Shown piece by piece: positions 1 to 12,462 of a stretch of 64,000 nt of DNA. Source of the stretch: a virus; IMG/VR virus record IMGVR_UViG_3300010885_020782, positions 1 to 64,000 of that record; one strand, given 5' to 3'. Every line of letters begins with the position of its first letter. The first letter of the stretch is position 1. The position numbers and the translations under genes are program-made. The notes beneath the pieces are model-generated. The model did no database searches and was not told the DNA's origin. It saw only the letters and a program-made list of their open reading frames with translations.

Positions 1-120
1 ACCACCAGCAGAAGAACCTCCTGCTGAAGAACCACCAGCAGAAGAACCTCCTGCTGAAGAACCACCAGCAGAAGAACCTCCTGCTGAAGAACCACCAGCA
101 GAAGAACCTCCTGCTGAAGA
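1..120 (+). repeat. Perfect 30-bp tandem repeat x4 (accaccagcagaagaacctcctgctgaaga) encoding PPAEEPPAEE; continues off the window edge
   Basis: Direct reading of nt 1-120. Confidence 0.97.
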
Positions 121-775
121 ACCTACACAAGAAGAAGTTGTTGATACTGCTGTAGAAGATGCACTCGATGACGGAGAAATTACATCTGAGGATGCTGAAG
201 AGATTTTAGATGCACTAAATGCAGACGGAGAAATCACATCTGAAGAAGTTAATAATCTTTCAGATGCTCTTGCTGCTGATGGAAAGTTGACAGAGGCTGA
301 AAAAGACCTCATTGCAGATGCTCTTATTGAGTCAGTTGCTCCTGGGGATATTCTTACAAAAGAGCAGATTCAAGATGCTGGAATCGAGTATCAAGACTTA
401 CCAGCAGAGACCCCCGTTGAGGTTAGGCAAGATGAAAACGGTAATGAAGTTGTTATTACTGCTGAAGTTGCAGCAGCACTAGAGGTGCTTGCAAATCCTG
501 TAGAATTACTGTCTACTATGTTTGACGACCCTGCTAAAGCACTACTTGCTTTAGGCAGTATCGGTGCTGATATGTCAGATGAAGAAAGAAAAGAAGCAAC
601 TGACATGGTTGTTGCAACTGTTGTAGCAGCGGGTGCTGCTATGAATGCAGTCGGTGCAGCAGCAGGAGCGGCTGGGAGTTCTAGCGGAAGCGGCTCAGGT
701 AGCGGTGGTGGAAGTTCTGGTGGCGGAGGTTCATCAGGAGATAGCAAAGGCGTTAGAAGGAGACCAAAGCCATGA
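2..775 (+). CDS. 5'-truncated membrane-anchored protein: (PPAEE)n linker, acidic DG[EK][IL]T helical repeats, C-terminal hydrophobic segment, Gly/Ser linker and basic tail
   Basis: The frame starting at nt 2 is open from the window edge and continuous with track ORF 287..775. It reads PPAEEPPAEE..., then DALDDGEITSEDAEEIL / DALNADGEITSEEVNNLS / DALAADGKLTEAEKDLIA, then MVVATVVAAGAAMNAVGAAAG and RRRPKP*. Confidence 0.8.
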   Translation, partial: PPAEEPPAEEPPAEEPPAEEPPAEEPPAEEPPAEEPPAEEPTQEEVVDTAVEDALDDGEITSEDAEEILDALNADGEITSEEVNNLSDALAADGKLTEAEKDLIADALIESVAPGDILTKEQIQDAGIEYQDLPAETPVEVRQDENGNEVVITAEVAAALEVLANPVELLSTMFDDPAKALLALGSIGADMSDEERKEATDMVVATVVAAGAAMNAVGAAAGAAGSSSGSGSGSGGGSSGGGGSSGDSKGVRRRPKP

Positions 776-954
776 AGAAGTTATTTAAAGACATGATTGA
801 CCAACTATGGACACTACTAGGTATGTTTATTGCGTGGGTAGTTCTTGATGGTTCAGCAAAGACAATAGTGGGTTATGCAATTATTGGAACCCTTATTGCC
901 TGGGCTATTACATACTCAATAAGAAATCCAAAAGAAGACGACGCCGAGGACTAA
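772..954 (+). CDS. Small two-TM membrane protein, translationally coupled (ATGA overlap) to the upstream gene
   Basis: Hydrophobic segments LWTLLGMFIAWVVL and IVGYAIIGTLIAWAITY; charged C-terminus. Confidence 0.75.
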   Translation: MKKLFKDMIDQLWTLLGMFIAWVVLDGSAKTIVGYAIIGTLIAWAITYSIRNPKEDDAED

Positions 955-1011
955 TACCGTCTGTTTTTAAGTTATTCTATATATAGTGAATCAACTATAT
1001 ATGGAGAGATA

Positions 1012-1485
1012 ATGGACGAGCAATTAACCGAGCAATACAAGACACTCATCGAGCCATTACTTCCGCTGGCTAAAAAAGCATATGGCTCAAGGACGCAAAA
1101 TACTCCCGCCCATGAGGCTAGTCGAGAATATACACGATTATTAATTGAATTCCAATCTAAAGGTGGAAGCCTTCCTTCTCTAGCCAAGGCTCTCGATGTT
1201 GCATATCCAGGTCTACGCCGTCGTGTAATTATGGAAACAGTTTCAATTTCAGATATCAAACCAAAGCGTCGTGCTCATAGGTCAGAACTTCCAGCAGCCA
1301 TTGAAAGAGTTAAGACTGCAAAAGAAACTGGCGCTACCGAATATCACAGACAACTTGCTATTGAATATCAAAATGGTTTTTCACTTCAAGATTTAGCAAA
1401 AGGTTTAGGACTTAAATCTGCAACACCTCTCTACTATGGTGCACAGCGTGCTCTACAAAGGACTAATTCGTGGCTGACTCAATGA
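1012..1485 (+). CDS. Tandem helix-turn-helix protein; candidate small terminase subunit
   Basis: Two similar halves (EYTRLLIEFQSKGGSLPSLAKALDV / EYHRQLAIEYQNGFSLQDLAKGLGL); GGAGA RBS; overlaps the terL start. Confidence 0.55.
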   Translation: MDEQLTEQYKTLIEPLLPLAKKAYGSRTQNTPAHEASREYTRLLIEFQSKGGSLPSLAKALDVAYPGLRRRVIMETVSISDIKPKRRAHRSELPAAIERVKTAKETGATEYHRQLAIEYQNGFSLQDLAKGLGLKSATPLYYGAQRALQRTNSWLTQ

Positions 1486-2882
1486 TGGAAATTATTGCCA
1501 AACTTCCACCAGAAGAACGGGCAATAGCACTATCAGGATTAGACCCCGACCAACTTCTATGGGATTGGAGTATGTGGGGTCGCCCAGAACAATTACCACC
1601 TGATGGCAATTGGAATATTTGGATTTATCTTGCTGGTCGCGGTGCTGGAAAAACTCGTAGCGCTGCCGAATGGGTAAGAGAACAAGCAAAATATACAACT
1701 GAAGGTCAACGTCGTTTTGCGCTTGTTGCTCGTACTGCTGCTGACGTTCGTGACGTTATTGTTGAAGGTGAGTCAGGGATTATGAATGTGACTCCACCAA
1801 GTGAGCGTCCACTCTACGAACCATCAAAACGTCGCTTGACTTGGCCTAATGGAAATACTGCAACTTGTTTTACTGCTGATGAACCAGACTCACTTCGTGG
1901 ACCTCAGTTCACACACGCTTGGGGTGATGAGGTCGCTGCTTGGCGACAAACTCCAGATGCTGCTGGTATGACTGCGTTTGATAACTTGCGTGTGGGCACT
2001 CGTCTTGGAGCAAACCCACAAATTATGGTTACTACAACACCAAAACGTGTGCCTCTTCTCTACTCGCTGCTTGATGAAGCAAAGAAAAGTGGCAAAGTTG
2101 TTGTTAGTCGTGGAAGCACGATGGATAACCAAGGAAACCTTAGCGAAACTTATCTAGAAACAATTACTGGCGTTTATGCTGGAACTCGTCTTGCTGCTCA
2201 AGAACTTTATGGAGAAATGCTTGATTCAGTTGAAGGTGCTCTTTGGACTTTAGAAATGTTGGAATCAACTCGTATTTCACAGTTTCCACTACAAACACCA
2301 CTTCGTGTAATTGGTGTTGACCCATCAGTTGCTGAAAATCCACGGGATGAATGTGGAATTGTTGTTTGCGCTTCAACAGCAGAAAGAGATTTGTATAAGC
2401 GTCAAGCCTGGGTATTAGAAGATGCAACTATTCATGGCTCGCCTGAAGTATGGGCAAACAAAGTTGTTGAGATGGCTAGACGTTGGGGTGCTCCAGTCGT
2501 GGCTGAAGTAAACCAAGGTGGCGCACTTGTGCGTAATGCTATTAACTCTATTGACCCAAACATTAAAGTATTTGAAGTTCACTCTAAGCACGGCAAGGCT
2601 CTTCGTGCAGAGCCTATTGTTCTTGCTTATGAACAACAGCGTGTTCATCACGTTGGGTATATTGCAGAGTTAGAAGACCAGATGACATCTTGGATTCCAG
2701 GGGAAACAAGTAAGTCTCCTGACCGTGTTGATGCACTTGTTCACGCAATGACTGCGTTACTTATTAAACCACCACAAGGATTTATAGGCGGTAAATTAAC
2801 AGCAAAATCCCCCGCTGCTAGACGCATTCCAAATTGGAGAGGCGGCAACGGGGGAGGCGCTAGAGTTTTTAACCCTCGCTAA
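1470..2882 (+). CDS. terL: Large terminase subunit (ATPase plus RNase H-like nuclease)
   Basis: Walker A LAGRGAGKT, Walker B AWGDEVAAW, coupling motif VTTTPK, nuclease VIGVDPS and SPDRVDA; GTG start. Confidence 0.95.
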   Translation: MADSMMEIIAKLPPEERAIALSGLDPDQLLWDWSMWGRPEQLPPDGNWNIWIYLAGRGAGKTRSAAEWVREQAKYTTEGQRRFALVARTAADVRDVIVEGESGIMNVTPPSERPLYEPSKRRLTWPNGNTATCFTADEPDSLRGPQFTHAWGDEVAAWRQTPDAAGMTAFDNLRVGTRLGANPQIMVTTTPKRVPLLYSLLDEAKKSGKVVVSRGSTMDNQGNLSETYLETITGVYAGTRLAAQELYGEMLDSVEGALWTLEMLESTRISQFPLQTPLRVIGVDPSVAENPRDECGIVVCASTAERDLYKRQAWVLEDATIHGSPEVWANKVVEMARRWGAPVVAEVNQGGALVRNAINSIDPNIKVFEVHSKHGKALRAEPIVLAYEQQRVHHVGYIAELEDQMTSWIPGETSKSPDRVDALVHAMTALLIKPPQGFIGGKLTAKSPAARRIPNWRGGNGGGARVFNPR

Positions 2883-3554
2883 TTACTTTACTGGAAATAC
2901 AGATATTGCTTTCTTAGGGCAACCTGTGTTGTATTTCTTTAGAGCATCTAGTTCTTTTTGGTCAACTGTTAAAGACCAACGAACTTTTATTGACACCCAG
3001 TTTGCAACATAAGTGCAAGCATATTCTTTTACTGTTGGCATCCACTCCGCTGGGTCTTGGTCAGATTTAGAACGATTTGATGAACCTGTAACAGCAATTA
3101 GATGACGAGGGTCAACCATATCGTTTGCATATTGTTGTCTTTTTAAGTCTGTCCAAGCAGATGCACCAGAGTCCCAAGATTCTGCAAGTGGCACCATGTG
3201 GTCAACATCTAACTTACCAGCATCAGTAACTTCAACATTGTCATAAATGCTTAGCCACTTTCCACCAGTCAATACACAGCCTTTATCAATTGTAGGTTTT
3301 ACAAGGGCCTCATCAATAATTACAGATTTGCGTGAATCGCAGCCAACTTGACCAGCACGAGAAATAGTAATCCAGTGCTTGAACTTTGTCCGAACATAAC
3401 CTGTGCGTGACTCAGTAGCAACTTTTAAAACTTTTATAGCAGCATCAGTAGAAGCATAAGTTGTTGCTTTGTCAGCCGCATTGGCTGGAGCAATTGAGAC
3501 TAGGCTTACTGCTAATACAGCATAAATAAACTTTTTCATCTTTTTTCCAATCAT
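2883..3554 (-). CDS. Secreted HNH-type endonuclease (DUF1524-like, actinobacterial extracellular nuclease type); likely start MKKFI at 3539
   Basis: Signal peptide MKKFIYAVLAVSLVSIAPANA; DVDHMVPLAESWDSGA, LIAVTGSSNRSKSDQDPAEW; four Cys. Confidence 0.85.
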   Translation of the reverse strand: MIGKKMKKFIYAVLAVSLVSIAPANAADKATTYASTDAAIKVLKVATESRTGYVRTKFKHWITISRAGQVGCDSRKSVIIDEALVKPTIDKGCVLTGGKWLSIYDNVEVTDAGKLDVDHMVPLAESWDSGASAWTDLKRQQYANDMVDPRHLIAVTGSSNRSKSDQDPAEWMPTVKEYACTYVANWVSIKVRWSLTVDQKELDALKKYNTGCPKKAISVFPVK

Positions 3555-6172
3555 CTAAATCGAGCAGCAATGCTCCAGTCTACATCCATAGGCACACCGC
3601 TAGGTATAGCACGAGGAACTAAAGAGCGACCTTTAACTATTGCATTAGCGCCAACTCCTTCAACTTGATACTGCTTTTCCACTAATCTACGGTGGAAAGC
3701 AATCTGTGTCATAGGGCGCTCACCGCGGTCATCACTCCATGCACGATATACAGTATAAAGAATCTTAAGTTGAACATTGACTCCTTCATTTTCATTAGTT
3801 TCTTCTGACATAAAGATACCAATTCTATCTTCGTTCTTACGGTAAACATCAGATGCTTCGCTAACTACACGACAAGTCCCAAGACCATCACGAGAACCAG
3901 AGCCAAGAACTTTAATAGCACCTTCAATCGCCCATGAAAGAACACCAGGAAGACCACCTTCAGGGTCAAAAATATATTCTTTTAATCCAGGGTCAGGATT
4001 TTCTGGAACTTTTAAGAAAGGAATTGGTCGTATACGACGCCACATTGCATCATCAGTGATGATAGGTCGGTGGTTAGTTGACACCCACAACTTTGCACGA
4101 GATTCAAATGTAAACGGCTTTTCTCCAGGAGAACGAGCAGATATTTCAGATGAACCAGTTAACTTCTTAACAGAGTTTTCTTTCAAACGCTCTGAGTCTG
4201 GAAGTTCATCAACCCATACAAGACGACGACCACGAAGTTCAGCCCAGTGATAAAGGTCTTGACCAGAGGACCTGCCATCATTTTGAGCAAGAATACTTGA
4301 GTCAAGTGGCCATGCATATTCTTTTGTACCAAGACATTTAACAATTGCCTCTACAAAAGTATTTTTACCAGAGCCTGGAGGACCATAAACCAAGAACATA
4401 ACATCGTAACGACGAGAACCAGTAAGAGAGTATCCAGCAGCACGCTGTAGCCAATCTTGATATTCCTTATCTCCATCAGTTGCAAAGTCTAAAAATTCTT
4501 CCCAACGAACATTGCGTTGACCTTTTACATACCCAACAGGCGCACGCTTTGTAATGTATAGGTCTGGTCTATTTCGCAAAAGTTCACCAGTGCGAAGGTC
4601 AATAACACCATTTCTTACGCCAAGTAGGTATTCATCCTTATCCCAGTCTTGGACAGGAAGAGTTACACGAGGGTCAGAGTTAGCCGCATCAATACCTGAA
4701 CGAAGACGAGCAATTGACTTACTTAAATTTGCCCATCGGATTGCTTCAGTTTGCTTATCCGCATCCGCATACTGAGTAGATTGCTTTGCAATAAGTGAAG
4801 GAATTCGTTTTGCTAATTCTCTAATTTCTAGTGCTTCAGGGTCTGGTCTCCAATATGTATCATCCCAATGAAACCAGCCGATACCAGGTGTGTAACGAAT
4901 AGAGTCTTCATATGTGTCAACTAAGCGACGTCCATTACCAATATCGGTGAATGAACGCATACCTTTTTGACCACCATCTTGAGGATTTACAGCATCAACA
5001 TCTCCAGGCAGGTCGTGAAGAGTATTTATAATAACCTCACCATAAGCAACGTCATCATTTTCTTGATACATAGGAACATCAGGTGGTCTAACAACGCCAG
5101 TCATTGGTTGAAGTTCTGTTCTCATCGAGTAGTCATCAGAGTTTTGCTTAATAATCTTTGCCTGAGACTCTTCTTGACTTTTATTAGCCCAGTTAAGTAA
5201 TCCAGGCCAAGACTGTTCACTAGTAAAATCACTCTTAGGATTTTTAAGAACAAATTCAATAGCACGACGAGTGTGCATTGTTACGCTATTAGGTCCTTCT
5301 AATGGCATAGGAGGTTTAACTTTTTCGTGATTAAAACGAATCATTAAAGTCTCAACAGCAAGTTTTCCTGCTTCAGTATCAATAGGGAATTTATTGGCTA
5401 GAGCGCAAGCAATTTGATAGAGACCGACAGCACGCTCGCCTTCTACAAGACCTTCTCCAAGCATCTTGTCAACATCAAGTTTTTTCTTATCAAACTCTAG
5501 GTCACCAAAAATTGACTCCCAATCTCCAGTGCCAACTTTTGTTCCAGAGCGAGAGTTACGCTTACGAATAAACTCTAAAAGTTGTTCTGGTGCTTCCGCC
5601 ATTTGCATCTCATGCGGACCCTTGCCCTCAACCCACTCATAACTAATTCCAGTAAAGTGTCGTGAAGGAGCAATAAGCACATAACCGTTGTGTTTAATAT
5701 CAATACCTTTTAGTCCAGCCTTATTTAGATTCCCGATAAGTTCTTCATCAGGGCTGCACTTGTAATACAAATGTCGTCCACGAACATTTTTACCGTTGTT
5801 CATGTATTGACCAGTTAATGCTTCAACTGTTGGTGGCAACGCGCCTTCAACTAAAGATTGGAATTTCTCAAATGACTCGACACCGCCAGAACGCGGGTCA
5901 ATATCAATTACAAGAAAACCAGATGGACGACAGTAAACGCCAACGTTGTAGTCAGGGTCTGAGTGCCACCAACTAGAAATCTTTGTTAGGTCTGATGTTG
6001 CAGCAGCATTCCATTGATTTATTGCAGGGTGCTTACCAATGTCTTTTGGTTCAGGATGAGAATTACCACAGGTGCATTTACCACTATTAATTCCATAGCA
6101 AGGAAGAATTTTCCAATTTTGGTATCCATACCATTCCGCAGAAGCGGCTAATTTATTAACGTCTTGGCTCAT
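3551..6172 (-). CDS. Bifunctional primase-polymerase (Prim-Pol) fused to a P4/D5-type SF3 helicase
   Basis: N-terminal KHP...VIDIDPRSGG...GRHLYY...GIDIK..GYV..APS; C-terminal D5-N region, Walker A GPPGSGKN, Walker B VWVDE, motif C VSTNHRP. Confidence 0.92.
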   Translation of the reverse strand: MSQDVNKLAASAEWYGYQNWKILPCYGINSGKCTCGNSHPEPKDIGKHPAINQWNAAATSDLTKISSWWHSDPDYNVGVYCRPSGFLVIDIDPRSGGVESFEKFQSLVEGALPPTVEALTGQYMNNGKNVRGRHLYYKCSPDEELIGNLNKAGLKGIDIKHNGYVLIAPSRHFTGISYEWVEGKGPHEMQMAEAPEQLLEFIRKRNSRSGTKVGTGDWESIFGDLEFDKKKLDVDKMLGEGLVEGERAVGLYQIACALANKFPIDTEAGKLAVETLMIRFNHEKVKPPMPLEGPNSVTMHTRRAIEFVLKNPKSDFTSEQSWPGLLNWANKSQEESQAKIIKQNSDDYSMRTELQPMTGVVRPPDVPMYQENDDVAYGEVIINTLHDLPGDVDAVNPQDGGQKGMRSFTDIGNGRRLVDTYEDSIRYTPGIGWFHWDDTYWRPDPEALEIRELAKRIPSLIAKQSTQYADADKQTEAIRWANLSKSIARLRSGIDAANSDPRVTLPVQDWDKDEYLLGVRNGVIDLRTGELLRNRPDLYITKRAPVGYVKGQRNVRWEEFLDFATDGDKEYQDWLQRAAGYSLTGSRRYDVMFLVYGPPGSGKNTFVEAIVKCLGTKEYAWPLDSSILAQNDGRSSGQDLYHWAELRGRRLVWVDELPDSERLKENSVKKLTGSSEISARSPGEKPFTFESRAKLWVSTNHRPIITDDAMWRRIRPIPFLKVPENPDPGLKEYIFDPEGGLPGVLSWAIEGAIKVLGSGSRDGLGTCRVVSEASDVYRKNEDRIGIFMSEETNENEGVNVQLKILYTVYRAWSDDRGERPMTQIAFHRRLVEKQYQVEGVGANAIVKGRSLVPRAIPSGVPMDVDWSIAARFR

Positions 6173-6393
6173 TCAGCACCACCAATAGAAACAGATTCTT
6201 GATTCAGTGAAAGCGAGTTAAACCAAGCATCCGCATCGTTAACAAGAATGTATACACGCTCTCTTCCCGTTTCTGTGGTGGTTTTAATGCCAGATAACTC
6301 TCCAGACCATATGGCTCTTGTAACTACTCGGGGCGGTATTCCGTATCTCATAGCAGTCGCTCTTACGCTAAGCCGTTTACTTGTCTGAAGCAT
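6169..6393 (-). CDS. Small excisionase/MerR-like winged-HTH DNA-binding protein
   Basis: LSVRATAMRYGIPPRVVTRAIWSGEL...RERVYILVNDADAWF; ATGA-type overlap with the primase gene. Confidence 0.65.
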   Translation of the reverse strand: MLQTSKRLSVRATAMRYGIPPRVVTRAIWSGELSGIKTTTETGRERVYILVNDADAWFNSLSLNQESVSIGGAE

Positions 6394-6436
6394 TTATATG
6401 TTTACCCTTCTTCGCTTTACGGTTAAGGCCCAGAGT

Positions 6437-6549
6437 TTGACGAATTTGTGTCATTTCGTCAATATGAACCACTATACATCTTGAAGCCTTTTTAGGGGGC
6501 TTTGACTACAAAATTAGTCAACATTTAAGAATAGATAACAAAATGTTAT
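6437..6549. promoter_or_regulatory. Divergent intergenic control region with several inverted repeats
   Basis: ttgacgaa-N10-ttcgtcaa (6437-6462), ttgacta-N6-tagtcaa (6502-6521), ataaca-N3-tgttat (6535-6549). Confidence 0.5.
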
Positions 6550-6597
6550 GAAATAATTAGTTTCTAACTACCTACTATCTATTGTATTGGTGTACCT

Positions 6598-6942
6598 ATG
6601 TCTGAAGCAAATATGGTCTTTACTTCCGTTGTTGCCATCATTGGCGGGGTATCCCTTCTTATAGGGTTTTTATATTCTATGTATAAAATTGCAAAAAGGG
6701 TAGAAATGGCTATAGGGGTAGATGAAGAAGGGCGAACTCTATCAGAGAGAATGCATAAAGTTGAACATCAACTTTGGCCTAACGGAGGCTCCTCGCTAGC
6801 AGACCAAGTATCTAAAATTGAAATTAGTAATGAAAGAATTGCATCAGAGGTCGGCATTATGAAAGACCTAGTTATAGCAATGGTTGAGCCAAAGCCGTTA
6901 AAGGCTGTAAGAGCAGTTGGCTCAAAGAGAAAAAACTCTTAA
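6598..6942 (+). CDS. Single-TM membrane protein with LWPNGGSSL motif (holin-like/lysis-associated type seen in actinophages)
   Basis: N-terminal TM VFTSVVAIIGGVSLLIGFLYSMY, followed by the coiled-coil-like HQLWPNGGSSLADQVSKIE. Confidence 0.6.
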   Translation: MSEANMVFTSVVAIIGGVSLLIGFLYSMYKIAKRVEMAIGVDEEGRTLSERMHKVEHQLWPNGGSSLADQVSKIEISNERIASEVGIMKDLVIAMVEPKPLKAVRAVGSKRKNS

Positions 6943-7063
6943 TTTTTAAAAAATAAAAATCTAACATATCTTCTCAAAAAAGCACTTTACCTGTTATTGT
7001 TGTGGGTGTGGAATCTGGCTGACTTATCAGCAGGGTTCCCAACAACATAGAGAGGTATGTAAT

Positions 7064-7372
7064 ATGAGTCTGGCAGAGAAGTTAAATAAGATAACCCCTT
7101 CCGCTCCAGGTCTTCCTTGCGGAATTGCAAAAATCCTTGCAGGTCTTGCAACAGAAGATAGAAAAGCCCTTGAAACCGTAATGGGTGTTCGCTCAGTTCC
7201 TGGTGGAATTTCTAATAGACAGGTCCACGAAATCCTTCTTGATGAAGGCTATGACATTGCTTTTGCATCAATTCGTTTACACCGCTCGCAGCAGTGCCGA
7301 TGCTATATCGGTAAGAATAGTGCTCGTCGTGTAGCAATCCAAAAAACTAAAACAAAAAGTGACGGTAACTAA
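7064..7372 (+). CDS. Small putative DNA-binding protein with terminal H-R-x-x-x-C-x-C motif
   Basis: GAGAGG RBS; PCGIAK...ISNRQVHEILLDEGY...IRLHRSQQCRC. Confidence 0.6.
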   Translation: MSLAEKLNKITPSAPGLPCGIAKILAGLATEDRKALETVMGVRSVPGGISNRQVHEILLDEGYDIAFASIRLHRSQQCRCYIGKNSARRVAIQKTKTKSDGN

Positions 7373-7374
7373 TA

Positions 7375-8586
7375 GTGGCTGAAGATACAGAGTCATTAGC
7401 GGAGCGTTTAGCAAGGCTTGTTAGCCCAGGACCAAATGGCTCTGACTTAAAGGCTCTCAATATTCCTGAAGCGTGGCGTCCTCGTATGGATGTCGGACCA
7501 GAAGGTGGCTTTGTTGTTTCAACACCACGGCCTGGAAGTGAAATGCCAGATGCAGCAAATATCTTGGCAGAGTTTAAGTTAGACCCATCCGCATGGGCAA
7601 TTACTTCTTTGCGAAGAGGGCAGTGGCAAACATTTAAAGGCGAGTGGCTTGAATCCATGCGTGTCAATGTTGTTCCTGTAGGTGTATTAAAAGAGAATGA
7701 TTTAGATTTAGAAAAACTTGTTGACGAAATTTCTAAGTGGAGACCAAAGGCAAAACAGAAAACTACATCAGGAGAATTGGCTTTTGTTTTTGCACCTAGC
7801 GACCAACAACTTGGTAAAAAAGGTAGTGGGGGAGGAACAATTGATTCAGTTGCCCGCATCTTGGAAACCACTGAAGGTGGAGTGCATCGCCTTCACGAGT
7901 TGAGAAAAATAGGGCGCAATATTGGAACCACAGTAATTGCTCTTCTAGGAGACCATGTTGAAGGTAACGTATCTCAAAATGGAAGATTGCAAGGACAAGC
8001 AGGTTCTGACTTAGGTCTCACCGAGCAGACACGAGTCGGGCGTCGTCTTTTGATGTCGCAGATTAAAGCCTTTGCTGAAATATCAGACAAAATTATTGTC
8101 CCAGTTGTAAATGGAAATCACGATGAAGTAACTCGTCAGATAATAGCAGACCCAGCAGATGGATGGAACGTAGAAATTGCAAGTGCTGTTCAAGATGCTT
8201 GTGCAGAAAATCCACACTTGGCTCATGTTGAGTTTAGGTTTCCAGAAAGTGACCATCAAACTCTTGCTGTAAATATCAATGGAACAATGCTTGGTCTATT
8301 CCATGGTCATCAATCTAAAGACCCTGTTAAGTATTTATCTGGTCAAGCGGCGGGACAAACTGCACTTGGTAATTGCGATGTTTGGCTATCAGGCCACTTC
8401 CACCACTTTAAAACTATGGATATTGGACCACGTTTTTGGGCACAATGCCCAACCCTAGACCCAGGCTCGGCTTGGTTTAGAGACCGCACTGGGCTGGAAT
8501 CTCCAGCAGGAATTCTTAGTATGGTAATTGGCGAAGGCTGGGACCCACGAAGAGATATAAGTATCATCAGAGCAAGCAGAAATTAA
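7375..8586 (+). CDS. Calcineurin-like metallophosphoesterase with N-terminal extension
   Basis: Motifs SDQQ, LGDHVEG, VNGNHDE, FHGH, SGHFHH. Confidence 0.88.
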   Translation: MAEDTESLAERLARLVSPGPNGSDLKALNIPEAWRPRMDVGPEGGFVVSTPRPGSEMPDAANILAEFKLDPSAWAITSLRRGQWQTFKGEWLESMRVNVVPVGVLKENDLDLEKLVDEISKWRPKAKQKTTSGELAFVFAPSDQQLGKKGSGGGTIDSVARILETTEGGVHRLHELRKIGRNIGTTVIALLGDHVEGNVSQNGRLQGQAGSDLGLTEQTRVGRRLLMSQIKAFAEISDKIIVPVVNGNHDEVTRQIIADPADGWNVEIASAVQDACAENPHLAHVEFRFPESDHQTLAVNINGTMLGLFHGHQSKDPVKYLSGQAAGQTALGNCDVWLSGHFHHFKTMDIGPRFWAQCPTLDPGSAWFRDRTGLESPAGILSMVIGEGWDPRRDISIIRASRN

Positions 8587-8640
8587 TAAAACTAAAAACA
8601 GTTGTCAAAACCTAAAGTAAGGGTTGGCAAAACCCCGTAA

Positions 8641-12459
<3,819 letters not shown>

Positions 12460-12462
12460 TAA

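Noticed and set aside
1-120. Tandem repeats as a CRISPR array
   Set aside because: Repeats are contiguous with no unique spacers and are in-frame coding. The Cas4-like gene is in a Sak4/SSB context with no other cas genes.
391-747. Minus-strand 118-aa ORF
   Set aside because: Antisense shadow of the low-complexity Ala/Gly/Ser coding region; no RBS.
8597-8625. Possible terminator after the phosphoesterase gene
   Set aside because: The stem needs several bulges and lacks a U-tract.
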